From assembly GCA_028534125.1 (NCBI GenBank), contig CM052817.1:66094001-66158000 (forward strand): a stretch of DNA of 64,000 nt, read 5' to 3'. Shown here piece after piece: positions 1 through 13,300 of the stretch; positions within the stretch are counted from its first letter, which is position 1; the number at the start of each line of letters is the position of its first letter. This DNA comes from Lama glama (taxonomy: Eukaryota). The notes below the pieces were generated by a model. The model made no database searches and was not told where the DNA came from. It was given only the letters and a program-made list of their open reading frames with translations. A program made the translations under genes and the position numbers.

Positions 1-429
1 TAGCCCGGCTGTGTACCCTTTGTACCCTTCCACAGAGGTCACTTAATTTTTCTGAGACTCAGTTTCCACGTCTTTACAAAGAGTTCTAAAAAAACTTTCA
101 TGTTATTATTTATTCCTGATTCTTTTAGTTTGTTGTCTTCTTTCTTATGCCTTTATAAATGCAAGGGGTAGAGGGCAGGCTGCGTAATAGAGAGAGGATA
201 TATTAATGTTTCAAAGGGAAACACACTACAGAAACAGGTTGGCTGACTACCTTCACCCCAAGCTGGAGAGACAGATGTCTCCAACTGCACATCGAAGATA
301 TCTGGTCAGTGCTCCAGGTTTAGTGTCTAAATCCAATGTGAAGATCATCAGTCATTTTATTTGACATTTAGAATCTGTTATAAGTTTATTGTGAAGCCCA
401 CAGTTACTCCTTGTGGGCTGTGTTACCTC

Positions 430-590
430 ACCTATAGTGTGCAAATCAGGGAATAGCGTTTTAATACATAAACTGTATTTATCACATTGGGTTGTTCTAA
501 TAATTAAATGAATCAATAATGTCAAATACACAGAATGGTGTCTGGATGCAGCACGATCTATAAAATACTACCTATTTTTGTTGTAATGTA
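430..590 (+). mobile_element. MIR fragment (another at about 1-80)
   Basis: gggttgttctaataattaaatga...gaatggtgtctgg; ctcagtttcc at 58-67. Confidence 0.5.
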
Positions 591-1508
591 CCACTTTATT
601 CATGAAACATCCAGAACATTACATAATTCTGATAGATAGTATTAATGGCTGTGTAAAACGATTCATGCTTAATCATACTTTTCATTAGTTTATTTTTGTT
701 ATAAGAACATGAATTACTGATTATGCATTATTTGTATCTAGAAAGTATCCAGGAACATGTTCAATTTTTCTTCTCTATCGTCTATCTTGAAAATGCAGAA
801 TGTATTATCATTGTTACCCAAAATAACAATAATTCTTCTTAAAATTATGTAAATAAAACAGTGTTCAAAACAAATTTATTAATGTTATGTCCTACTTATC
901 AAAAGTTAGGGAAGCTTAAAAATTGCCTACGGGCAATTGGTATTCAATACATATTTACTGTAAGAACAAATAAATATATAAATGAACAAATAATTCTTTA
1001 GTAGTGAAGCATTCAAAACAATACAAAAATCACCTAGAAAAGCAAAACCCCAACTTTGATCAAGAACATTAAATCAGAAGTACAAATACTAAATTCTCAC
1101 ACATTCACTGATAGGAAAAAAACATGGTAGAATATAGTAGCTATGGAAAATTTCACAAAACTTTAAAGAAAGTGGATATTGTAGAAGATACTTAAGGAAC
1201 TATACAAATGGATTCTCACTGAACTGAAGGAACCATAGTCTACACCTCCACGGGCGACTTGCCCAAATTTTCCGATGAAACAGTGAACCCCCAGCAAGCA
1301 AAAGAAACTGAAAAGTGTGTCACGGGGCTGAGCACTGCCCACAGGTAAGTCTTCCTCTTGGATGAGAAGGTACTCTGCATGTTCCCTCAAATCTATCAAT
1401 GTTTCAGACGCTGACTTTCCAGGTGGAAACAGCAGACACCATCTAAATTCCCCTGCTTTGATGGGAAAGCTGCGATTCTGACACACCACCGTAAGTATCT
1501 CTCTCCTT

Positions 1509-1519
1509 GGGGACTTTCC
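1509..1519 (+). promoter_or_regulatory. Canonical NF-kB site GGGGACTTTCC
   Basis: Exact match to the Ig-kappa enhancer kB sequence. Function untested. Confidence 0.4.
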
Positions 1520-3959
1520 AAGGAACTTCGTCTCTTTCTTATTCACCTGCTGTTGGGCCAGACCATCACTACTCATTTCCAGGTCTCCTGTTAACCCTCT
1601 CCCCAAAACATAACAGTGGCCTTTCCTTTGATTAAAAACAAACAAACAAACAAAACAACAAACTCAGAAAGGAGAGCGCTTAGCTCTTCTCTCCGGCTTG
1701 GCAATGAAGTCAAGAAAGTTGCCTTTCTTGAAAGAGTTTAAATCCCTGGGAAATTTAATGTCTCTGAGAAGAAACCAGACAAGCATAGTGTTGATTATGA
1801 AGACCCAACAAACCCCTCCCAATCAGGGCGGCCAGCTGGGTCCTCGCAGTGCTGACGGGAGCACCGTGAAGCCCAGGGTCAGAAGACCTGGCGTCTGAGT
1901 CGTCAGCTGACCCCACGCAGAGATCAGATTACTCTTAATCTCTGCTCTGGGTTTCCCCCGCTGCCAAAAACAGGAACCAGAGGTTTTCTTCAGTTTATAT
2001 TTAAATTTTTTAAATTTCTTTTAACACTTCCTTCTCTTTACACTGGGGAACACAACGCTACAAGTACTGCTCGCCTCTTCCGTATCATGGCTCTCCACTA
2101 CCGCACATGCCAACTGTTTCCTCTCATGTGTCTTTGAGATAAACTCAGTTTTGAAAACTAGTCAGAACATGGGTCAGAACAGAACCCAACTGTTAAGAAC
2201 CTTACTGCTGAGCACTTCCCTTCCATTTTCATGCTTTCCTCCCTCCTCTCCCGCTTGACAGGTGGGCTATCACTCGCGTGACAAACCTCCACAATAAGCC
2301 TGGACTCCACGCTGACCAGGATCACCAGGGAGGTCAATAAACCCCTGCAACTTCAATCCCCCTCCCCTCCCATAGACCTGTGTCCCCACAGTGCAGACCA
2401 TGTCCCTATAGCCAAAGGACTGTTACACAAGGTAAGAATTTTCTTTCATGAGAGCTGAAAAAAAAATGTATCTGAGTTAAGAAATGAACTCATCTGAGTG
2501 TATCTCAGAGGATATAAAAGTAACCTGGTTAGGATTCTAAAGCACATCATTACGTTGCCAGATTTCTTCCCAATGCTACATTGAGACCATGTTCATAATA
2601 CTTATAAATTTTGAAAGGTGTTTTAGATTCCTTGGATTAAAAAAACCAACCATACCACCCTAAAAGATGCTGACTTTTTATCAGGGCGGTACATCTAGAC
2701 AAACTGAAGTATGTGAATCCTCTGTCATATGCTCCTTCTCTGAGATGCGTGCATCCTGTAGAACCTACTACTCTGTTAGCCTCATGTCCTTCTGAAATAC
2801 TGTGATTCATACAACCCGTTTCCAAAATATATGCTAATAAAATGCTAAGAGCTGTCAAGGCATAAAGCATAAGAAATTTCCTGACCAATTTTAATACCAA
2901 TTACTCTTTCCTTTCAAAGCAGAAACTGCTGCTTTCAGCCTCAGCCAATTTTAGCTAGACGGCCAGTTCAAAAAGCATTATTGTAAAAATGGCAGCTTTA
3001 CTGATTCTGTTTTCTCATAGTGACTCATCTGCCGCTGCCCAGGCTCCTGAAGACAGGGCAAATCATACTGACAAGAAAGGTGCAAATCTGCTACACTAAT
3101 AAAGATCTTAGCATCATGGGATTTCATGCTGTCTCTAAATTTTCCCTTAGACAATTCTGAGATGACAAAGAAAGTGTAGAGGGTGTGTGGTATTAGAAAC
3201 GCAGTAAATTAAAACTTTCTTAATATGCTGGCTTCCTTTCTGGTCTTACAGAGCACTTCATAATCTGAAAAGAAAAAAAGAGGGAATTCAAAGTCTAATA
3301 AAAATTTAAATGACCTAATAAACCCATTCCTCTAATAGCATATCTGATTTCCCTGGAAATCTTTTACTTTGTTAGTGCTATTGTGGTCCATATGGGACTA
3401 CCTCAAATCTTTCTAGAATGACAGGAATGTCATCTAAATAATCTTTTATATTAGAACTTTCATCAATAGAAGCAAGTTCTATTTCAACCATTAGGTATGA
3501 ATTTGATCAGCCAAATTATTAACTAAAGAATGAACAGCAGCCACACACTGTAGCTTTCCGTATCTCTCTAAAATGTAAGTCTGAACTATCTGTTTCTTCC
3601 TCTGAAACCACAACCTCTCTCTGTTCATCTAAAGTAATCATTCGATAAACTCCCCTCTGACAGTCTTAGAATCACGTCTCAATTACTGTCATCAGATAAA
3701 TTATCCTCAGAAAAGATGTTAACTTCTGTTTCTAATTAACACTGTCACCTACTTTCTGATTATTCTTATCTAGAATGAGCTAGAAAGGAAGATCCATTAA
3801 AGTAACCACTTAATTACTTTCACTGTCCCAGGGACATATGAGATCTTAAAAGAAAGAAAGAAAATAAACAGACAGCTAAAGGTGTCACTTTCAGAGAGAA
3901 ATAATCAGCCAATAGCAAAGGAACGGAAGGCTTTAGCATACAGGCAAGCGAACAACATT

Positions 3960-4110
3960 CTCACCAGCTTTTACTGAGTGTGCGCTATAGAGCAGTCTCT
4001 CGCTGGACACTTTATATATATGTTGTTTTAACTAATTTTCATCAGTACCTATATGAGTTGAGTACCTTTAATATCTCCAGTTTAGAGATAAGGAAGCTGA
4101 GGTCTGAGAA
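3960..4110 (-). mobile_element. MIR
   Basis: ctccagtttagagataaggaagctgaggtctgaga core. Confidence 0.65.
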
Positions 4111-4894
4111 TTTTATTTTCTGCCTTTAAAGGTGTCAGCTGATCCCACTGAAAAGCACTGGCCAGAAATTTGCATATTGGTTTATAAATATTCAATTAAC
4201 TACACGCTCTACAAATTCCCAGACTAATTAAAGAAGCATCATGAGCTTTCTCATACATTCTTCCAAAGACCACATTTTAAAAATACTTAAACTATGCATG
4301 TGTATTGTTTAACCCTGCAAAAAAAAAAGCTATGAAGAGAAAGAATCAAGCTGTAATGTTTATTCTCCCCAGAATTAAATTAATCTACTCTAACTACTTA
4401 TAGCTTCCTATAGGATTAAAGTGTGAAATATTCAGGGAGGTTATTAACCTCGCTATACAGTAACAACAAAAAATGATTATCTAAGATTTTTCTAACAATT
4501 ATTCAGTGAGTTAAATGTTGACCATAAGCTAAGGTAAAATATAGACTGATTTTTTAAACAGAACAGTTTTTATATTAAATTTTCTTTTTCTTTTAGTAGA
4601 AAAGGAGGCATTCACCAATCATGCTACATCTGACTAATAATCACTCTGCAACTAAGCAATGAAAGGCAATGTTATCTGTATTTTATAAAAGCACTTTAAG
4701 TGAAGTTGGTAATAAGAGTACACACATACACCCAGGGCCTTCATATTTATCAGATTATAAAAATATTTCTAGACTGGGGTAGATTTAATTCATAATGCTA
4801 AGATAAATTCCAATTAAAAGACGCTCATATTAAGGGTATACATGAAATTATATAAATTACTGAAGTCATTAATTTTTATTTTTTCGGTTGAGTT

Positions 4895-5040
4895 TTGTTT
4901 TTTAAGATTTCATTTTTTTAGAGTGGTTTTAGGTTACAGCAAAATTGAGAAGGTACAGAGGTTTCCCATTACCCTCGGTCCACACACATGCATGGCCTCC
5001 CCCATTACCAACATGACTCACTAAAGTGATATACTTAGCT
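4895..5040 (-). mobile_element. L1MC-type 3' end fragment
   Basis: tttagagtggttttaggttacagcaaaattgagaaggtacagaggtttccc resembles the antisense L1MC terminus. Confidence 0.7.
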
Positions 5041-5129
5041 GGATTTTTTTTTCGATGCAAAAACAGTATTTAGCTACACATAGATTCTTATATTTTCTTA
5101 ACATAATAATAAAAGTAGCTTGTTGTATT

Positions 5130-5310
5130 TTAAAGGCTAGAATGAACCTGAGTGATTGCCTTATTCGAGCTCCTCATCTTACAGAAAGGAAAATGAGGCA
5201 AAGACAGATAAAGAAGTTGCTGAAAGTCACCATGTTAAGTGGCCCCTAAACATCTGAGACTATGATGCAGGTCTCCTGACTCTCATGGTTTTCATTTCCC
5301 GGGACCATAG
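5130..5310 (-). mobile_element. MIR3/MIRc
   Basis: ctcatcttacagaaaggaaaatgaggc core. Confidence 0.55.
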
Positions 5311-5879
5311 CATTCTCCATAACTTTCAGCTATATATAATGCCTTCTAACAGTAAATTAGAAAAATGCAAATTAGGCTGATGTTGGCTACAACCATCCAC
5401 CTGACCACCTTACTCCCACAGTTAGTGGGCTAGCTACTTCACTGAGAAGAAAATTTGCATTAAAATCTATGCCCATGGTTGACCCAGTGGCTCTGGTATG
5501 CTCTCTTAGGCAGTGCGGGCTCACAGGACCCTGAAGGGAGGAGAGGGTGCTGGAAAGCAAAAAACTGGAGAGACAGAGGGCTAAAAACACACCATCATAA
5601 TCCACAGCACACAGGAAGTCAACGCACGAATGATGTGCCACACACGCACTGGGTGTATGCTGTTTGCACCTGGGAAAATACATTTAAGCTGGAGACTTAT
5701 ATCTCATGTTCTTAGGGATATTTTCATTTTCTTCAGCTCTCAATCTCATTATGCAAAATCCCGGGACAAGTATATATCACTAAGCAATAGCTATTGCTCA
5801 GTATGTGGGAATACCCAATCTTCTACCCATCTCAAAAAATCTTTGACTGGTAAATGACTTAACTAGTAGCCCTTAACCC

Positions 5880-5990
5880 CAGGTGAACATTCAAATTATC
5901 TGAGGAACTTATACAACAGACTAATGCCTGGACCTCATCCCAGATCAATTACATCAGAATTTCTAAGAGCAAGGTCTAGACATTAGCATC
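5880..5990. mobile_element. MER5-type fragment
   Basis: aatgcctggacctcatcccagatcaattacatcagaattt. Confidence 0.55.
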
Positions 5991-7274
5991 ATTCTTATCT
6001 CTGTTATGCCAAAACACATGTTACATCTCATTCAATGATTCAAACAACAAACAAATGTTTTTGAATCCCTCCTTTATAGAGGGCAATATGATAGGCATCA
6101 AGAATTTTTTTTAAAATAGACTGATAAGATATGTTTCTTACCTTCAAGGAGGGGAGCTTTCTAAAATTCCGGGTTCTTATTTTCCACTGTTAACTTGACA
6201 TTTCTACTTTGGGTTTTATTTTTTGTTTTTTGTTTTTGCCATGATTAACTGCAAAATCCTAATACCTTCCCCACCCCACCCCCCATATACACACATAAAG
6301 GTCAGAGCCCCTTGCTCAGCACTACAAACACTTGTCCAGACTGACAAAGACCCATTAATTAAATTGTCAGTTCCTTTGTTCAAACAGGGAAAAATCCATT
6401 TAACCACACCATCATCTAACCCACTTTAGCTTTATTATATATTGTGTCCATTAAGGTATCATTCAAGGGTTTTATAAAAGTGGAACAGAAATTGAGATGC
6501 TATGCATATCTGCTCACTCTTCTCACTTTACCAAATTACTGAGTGAGGTCAGTTGGGTTGACACAGAAAACGCTGAAGAGAATATTTTAATTGATATGAC
6601 ACAACAATCGCTGGGTAGAGGCTCCATTCAACGTTGTCCGTCCACACGATTATCTTAAAGTACTGATCCTCTTACTAATTGGCAATTTTTTCCCTTAAGT
6701 GCAGACTTTGAAACAGAAAAATGTAATATACCTTCACATAAACTATTTTATTTATATTAAATAAGTCAAATAAAGCATAAATCTCTTTTCATTTCTTTTT
6801 GTCCATATAATAAGCTCTTGCAAAGGAAGTACTGTTTCTGTTTCTCTCTCTCTTTTTAAAAGACCTAATACTTGATTAGTAACTGGAAAGTTACCATAGT
6901 TCACAATTACACTTGAGTTTTTGGAGTTTTTAATGTCAATAGGAATTGAGTTTTTTTAATCTTTAAAACAAAAACTGAAATGACTTCCGAGGGCTATGAA
7001 GGAGAGAAAAAAAATTTCTTTTTGAACTTTCTTCAACAACTACTTTTTGGCAACCAGCAGGCAATTACTATTTAACATACAGAAAAATGCACAGTGTACA
7101 AATGCACATAAAATTCAGTTTTATTGTTCCAACCTTTGTCCCTCAGTTTCAGAGTTAATCTAGATTCTAAATACCCAGCTGCACAAGCTAGCAGACCAAA
7201 GACCCACAAATTCTCCCAATGGTTTGTCACATAAAATAATCATTAAACAAACATCTCATTTAATCACCTAAGGA

Positions 7275-7535
7275 AGAGTAGCCAACTCAAATACCTACAG
7301 GAGCTGGGGCAGGGCAGGTGGAGCAACTGAATGTGAACATGGAGGGAAGAGGGGATACAGGAGGTAAGGTTGAGTTCTGACAGCAATGCCCTTACTAAAT
7401 GAAAGGGGCTATGAAAAGTCAGATTTTATGTGAAAACTTCTAAATCCTGCATGTTGAATATTCATGCAAACTATTTATATCTCTTTGTAGGCCAAATAAT
7501 TTTCTCTGAGCTGGGAGATAGGTTCCACCTTTGAT
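7275..7535 (+). mobile_element. MER102-like hAT DNA transposon relic
   Basis: caactcaaatacctacagga...cagattttatgtgaaaacttc...gtaggccaaataa follows the recalled MER102 consensus. Confidence 0.6.
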
Positions 7536-9499
7536 CTAGATGGTAAAAAAAAAAGATAATTCAATAGAGGAACAAAAAATTTATATGACCACTGTTTTCC
7601 ATAAGCATCCCACTGAATTTTGTCTTCTTGTAGAGTCTACATCTGTCAACCCAGGGACAGAAACACTTAAGAGTCTGCTTTCTTCAAGACAGTCAAGGTA
7701 TTTCATCTTGAGCTTTTCTAACTAATTTGATCTGAACCCCCAAGAATGGTCTAACAAATATGCAACCCAGGCAAAAAGAAGCCAATTGTTTTTTCTTGTT
7801 TGATGAATGGTGGTGATTCAGGGAATGGATAACTGAACGTGAATCACTTGGAAACACACACATAAATATAAACAGTGAGTTTTGCTCACTCACGCTCTCT
7901 CTCTGTTTTGTCCACATTCTGGGGCAGAAGCTGAATGAAAAGTAGGAGGAGGTTACAGCCACAGAAGATTAGCAACAGATACACAAACATTGCCTCAAAC
8001 CAAACATTACCCCTTTAACAGGACTCCAGAAGAATGAAACGCAACTATCTGACAAAATTTGTTGGTCATTTGCTCATAAGATAGAGAAGGACTTAATTAT
8101 ATAACAATTATGTCACACAGGTGAATAAATCAAGGAAAGTGACACAAATTTCTCTACAGTGATAAAATCTGCATGTTCTACCTGGAAAAGAAATTGTATT
8201 TTTACCAAGGTGTTTGTGGCAGCACACTGGAGGGAACATGGAATTTACCCGTTACCTCTGCCTGTGGGTGAATTACTGTTATATGTACAAAGAGAAAGTG
8301 GAATTATTTTACAGTTCAACAAGTCTACTTTTTTACCAAGTGCCTTAGATAGAATAAAAACTGATTATTCCATACTGTTTTTTAAAGCTTCTTACCTCTT
8401 CCCACTCACCCTACTTTTCGCCAAAACCCTGAATTTTCTTTCATCAGTCCCCATACTGTTCTTTCTCTCCTTAAACTATCACGTATGTAAAATCGTTAAT
8501 AACTAAAAGGAAGAAAATAATACCAGTTACATATATCCCTAGACTTTTACGATTTATATACAGTATCAAAAGTGTTTTAAAAAGCAAATACAATTATAAG
8601 GTAAATATGAGTTTTCAATAAACTTATTAAATTCAGATATAGTCCTGGCTATGTGATAGTTACCAATATATTATAAAAATTAGTTTAACTATTATAAATT
8701 GAGTGACTAATGTCTTTCCTTTAAAACCATATGTTATTAGCTCAGTCTATACAAACCACAGCTTAAGGACAAAATTAAAAACCTATAACTAAGAATTGCC
8801 AAAAGAAAAATCTCAAAGAAAAGTCAAGGTTGGGAATAACATGAACAGACTCTTGAGAGGATATGATAAGAAATAAGAGTAAGTCCACCATGAAGTCTTT
8901 CAATTGAACCTGAGTCCAACCAGTGAAAGGACTTTAAATTTGGGGTAATTGGTACCAAACACAAACATGTTCAGAGAAGAAAGGTAAGAATTCTGAAAGG
9001 AGAAAACAGATACCAAATGCTCAACAATCAATCGTTACAGATGTTGTCTTCTCTTATCTACAGATTCTGACCAACCAACTCTTTTCTTCCTTCTTAAGTA
9101 AGTCAAATGCTGTCGAACACAAGACACCCAATGCCCCACATTACATCCTTGGCTGTCCTTTTCACACTACTGATGAGGCTCCAATATGAGGTCAGAAGAC
9201 ACCTTCCGACCAATTTGCCTCTGCCCTGGGGCTTCACCGGTTACCTAGGAATGGATAATATGCATGCATGTAAATTTCCACACCCACATCCTGAGTGCAA
9301 GGGCTCCATGAAATGGAACCCAGTTGCCTGTTAGAAAAAGAAATATTAGTGGATAAGTCACGTACTGCACAGAATGCACATTCAGTATAGGCTAAGTTAA
9401 CAGCACTTAAAAGTTGAATAAAATTCTACCTCTGTTAAACCAAAAGGTTTTCAGAAGTCAGTGTAATACATAATATGTGTGAATCTCCATAAATGTGAA

Positions 9500-9945
9500 T
9501 ATTCAATCAATCAATATCTATTCAGGACCTAGGAAGTGCATTATGTACTTGAGATTACAATGCCCTTGTGCTTCAGGTGTTCATCACCTAGTGGGAACGA
9601 CATGTAATCAAACAATCACAGTACAGAAACTGTGCACAGTGTCTGCTTTGAGGGCAGAAGCATAAGGAAGTACTTGAAGCCCACGCTCCGCTAAGACTGG
9701 AGGAGGAAGGTATAAAGGGATCTGAGGAATGGTTTCTAAAGGAGGTGACATCTAATCTAGCAATCCAGCAAAGAGGTGGAAGGAGGCGGGCTCTAGGCAG
9801 ATGAAATCCCATGTGCAAAAGACTCTGAAGCAACAGTGAGTCTGCTGGAAAAGCAAACAGGGACCCAGAAATAGAGAGAGCTTGGACTCTGTCCTTTAAG
9901 TAAAGGGAAACTGAAAGATTTTAAGCAAAAGAATAATATGCAAGG
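9500..9945 (-). mobile_element. L2 fragment
   Basis: attcaatcaatcaatatctattc terminus; ggaggtgacatct and tgaaagattttaagca motifs. Confidence 0.65.
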
Positions 9946-11919
9946 CTACTTCAAAATGGCATACATCAGCTATTGAGCTGCCTCAGATTGCCTTTACATT
10001 AAATACTGAACTAACAGTTAAATCCATATGACATCTAAAATCAGATTCCAATTAATCTTCCAAAATCTTAGTGCCATTTCTAATTAAGTAATTAATTGAT
10101 TCAATAAATAGACATATTTACTGAAGATGGAAGTGTGTTTTGAAGAAAAAAACAAAAACTTGAGAACTGGGGTGTGAGTGCACAGTCAAGATGAGCTAAA
10201 GCACAGGAACAGGGATATGGAAAAGCATAGGGCATGCCCTAGGAAAGCAAATAATTGAGGCTCCTTCTAAGAGCAGGAAGATTTCAGTCTCAAAAAACAA
10301 ACAAACAAAAAAAAAAACAGCAGAAAGAATGAAAAGGTGGGAAAGGAGATGAAATGCCCTAATTTCACTTAGAAACTAATAACTCTAGGACTGTCAACTG
10401 AAGAGGGACAAGTTGCATGAGAAGAATGCAGACACTGTAGGAGTAACCAGAGTTGTACAAACATTTTTAAGGCTTTTTTTTTTTTCAGTTTAAATAATTT
10501 CCTCTTTTCAGGGATACACTAAATGGCTTGGATTAAATCAATATGGAGAAGAAAAACAATCTATAAATTCTCATTAGTTAGTCTATATTCAACTAGAGCA
10601 AACAGGAAAGAGACATTCCCCCTTTCCTGCAAAAATACCTGCAAGGTTAATCTTAGAAATTTTAGAAAAAGAAGGCAAAACTGTCACATTCAGTGATTAC
10701 ATTCTTCAGGTGGTACATACTGATGAGTGAGCCTTCAGCCATTTGGCGGGGAGAATTCTGAACCCCTGGTTGTTTACTCTGACTCCGTATGCTATGGGAC
10801 CACACAGCTGGCATCTACTTGAACACAGAAACCATCTTCATCTACAGCAGTGCCCTAGGCATGCCAATATCACCATGAAGAGCTGCGGACAGAATCAATA
10901 ACACAGAGCAACACATCTGACTACTCATGAACCAAAGAAAATAAAATTTCAACTTTATCTCCCCTCCATACCTAGACAGACCTAAAGAAGATTCAAATCC
11001 CACTTATATTAATGCACTGAGATAATATGCTTAATGTATTAGTCACACATAGAAGTAACATGCCTATGAACCAAAGGTCCAAGACGTGTGCGTGTTTAAG
11101 ACATCTTCCATAAACAGCTATGGGGCCAAAGCCAAGGGCATTAGCATGATTGGATTTTTGTGTTATGTTCATGAACCCAATCTTGGCACTTGTTTCTTTT
11201 AACTGAGTCAGCTTATAGGACTTCCTGCTAAATAGTAGCTGCTCAAAGTTCATAAACATTATTTACTCAGCCCGGAAGCAAACTACTATAAAAATTACAG
11301 AAGGGCAGTCGCCAGATTCATTTATTATGTCTAATACTACCAAATTAGCCTTTGTCATTTTTATTGTTACCTTTTAGCAATGCTATATCCTGCCTTCAAA
11401 AACTTTACCAAGGGGATGGAGCCTCTCTGCTGTAAGATTCCATAGCCAATATCCTCACCAACTGAAAATCCCTCTGCTGATTCCCTCTCCACTCCTTTCT
11501 CTGAGCATACTTCCTCTTTGCCAAGGTGAATCTTCCATCCATTTTCTTGGAAGTGCCTCATTGCCCACACTAGTAGTCCCTTTTTTAAAAAAATCAATTA
11601 AGAGAATAGTTCTCAAACATTTCAGATTCTCTCCATGGTTTAGCTCTTTGCTCTCTACAAAAACTCTCAGGTCTCCCCAGGCCAAAGAAAAGAAAAAAGA
11701 ATAAGAAAAACCTACCCTCTGATTCTGCTCCTTCTCAACACAATAGCTCCCCCTCCCCTGTGGTTTGTCTTGCAAATGAAGACTGCCCCAGCCTGCTAAT
11801 TCCTCACTTGCCACTCACCACCCCACCCCCAGGATACTAGTTAAGCCTCTACTTGGCTTAAACTGTTCTCCTAACCCTTCGCATTCCTATTTTTCCTTAT
11901 GGCCACTGCTCTATGTGCT

Positions 11920-12300
11920 GACAAGTCAGAAACTTAGGGTTATCCAAGACTCCTTCAGTTCTGACACCTAATGCATGCAGTCAGCTCCTAAGGTCTTATA
12001 TTTAGTTGCTATTTCTACTGTTTGTCCCAAATATATCTCTCAGTGCCAGGATATTGCTCTGGGTGCTTTTTACTTTCACCTATAATATACTGAAACCCTC
12101 CTGACTAGTCTTTCCACCTTTATCAATATATTGCCTACAACATGCTACAATAAATCTTGCTAGACATAAAGCTGACCATGCCTTAGTTACAATGTAGATT
12201 ATAATTTACACTATACCCTGATGGTAGAACCATCTTCCAGAGGCCCAGCAGCAATCCTGTCTCTGTCCTGCTCTACGTCTTCACTAGCTCTTCATAGTCC
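11920..12300 (+). mobile_element. L2 fragment
   Basis: aagtcagaaacttagggttatccaagactcc...cctcctgactagtct. Confidence 0.55.
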
Positions 12301-13176
12301 ATTATTCAAGGCTTTTCTCTCTAACTTATATTCCAGGATTCAAATAAACAATATTAAGCCATTATTCCCCTCCATGAGGATAGGGATAAAATGCTATTCA
12401 TTTTTGCCACCTCCTATCAAACACAAAAGGGCCATTAAACAAACAAACAAAAAGTGTTCAATAACAATCATTCAATGCACAGCCCACAGAATCAATAACC
12501 TAATCAAAAGAAAAAGAGTACACGTTTCATGCAAACAGCGAATTTTACGTATATTTATTTTTACTGCATTATTATTATTTTTAGCAGCTGTCTCCTCAGA
12601 ACCCAGAAAACATCCTGGTATTAACAGGCACTCATTAAGTTGGACTGTTGGAAATGCAGGCATGCTGTGGTGCTAATCCACTCTGCTTTACAGCTGGGCA
12701 ACACAGAAAGTACACTGCTGTCATAATGAAGCACTTAAATGTGAACATCATGAAGAACGATAACACACAAGTACTTGTAAGATAAGTGTTTAAATATGGC
12801 GGTACTCCAGAAATGCCATTCCCATAGAAGAAGGGCCTTTACTTAGCCACCCTCCAGAAGTTGGCCACAGGTTTCTCCAAGAACATGTTAACATTTCATA
12901 AATTTTCATTTTCCCACGGTAATCTCTGTGGCATAAAGTTGGCTGCTGAAGGCTTCGTTAAATGTGAGAAGGAGTTCCTATAAATGGAGCTAAGAGCACA
13001 GAACATGTGAGACAGTAAGGAAAATACACTTCATGTGCTTCAGGGCACACTATGCTGCAGTCAAGTTCTTTGAAGAATACTGAGAAAAGACAGCAATTTT
13101 AAAATCGAAAGGCCAAAATGAAAAAAAAATGTGTTGAGCTTACAGTATTTTTATTATCTAACATCTGTAACTTTTA

Positions 13177-13300
13177 TTTGGAGGGGGGGAATTAGGTTTA
13201 TGTATTTATTTGTTTATTTTTTAATGGAGGTACCAGGGATTGAACCCAGGACCTTGTACACGCAGAGCATGCACTCTACCACTGAGCTATATCCTCCCAC
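13177..13300 (-). mobile_element. Vic-1-type camelid tRNA(Ala)-derived SINE
   Basis: The reverse complement has an A-box (TAGCTCAGTGGTAGAG), a B-box (GGTTCAATCCC) and an A-rich tail. It is flanked by a 19-bp target-site duplication (TSD), ctaacatctgtaactttta (13158-13176) / ctaatagctgtagctttta (13301-13319). Confidence 0.9.

Noticed and set aside
1163..1645. Longest ORF in the track (160 aa)
   Set aside because: No recognisable domain and a non-ATG start next to an (AAAC)n tract. I treat it and the other track ORFs as chance; many overlap repeats or microsatellites.
8880..9020. Possible L3/CR1 relic
   Set aside because: Only one short motif resembles CR1; too weak to call by eye.
10228..10241. 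Palindrome TAGGGCATGCCCTA containing a perfect p53 half-site
   Set aside because: There is no adjacent second half-site.
12221..12676. 151-aa ORF
   Set aside because: Starts in an L2 relic, has low-complexity AT-driven composition, and has no recognisable homology or exon boundaries.
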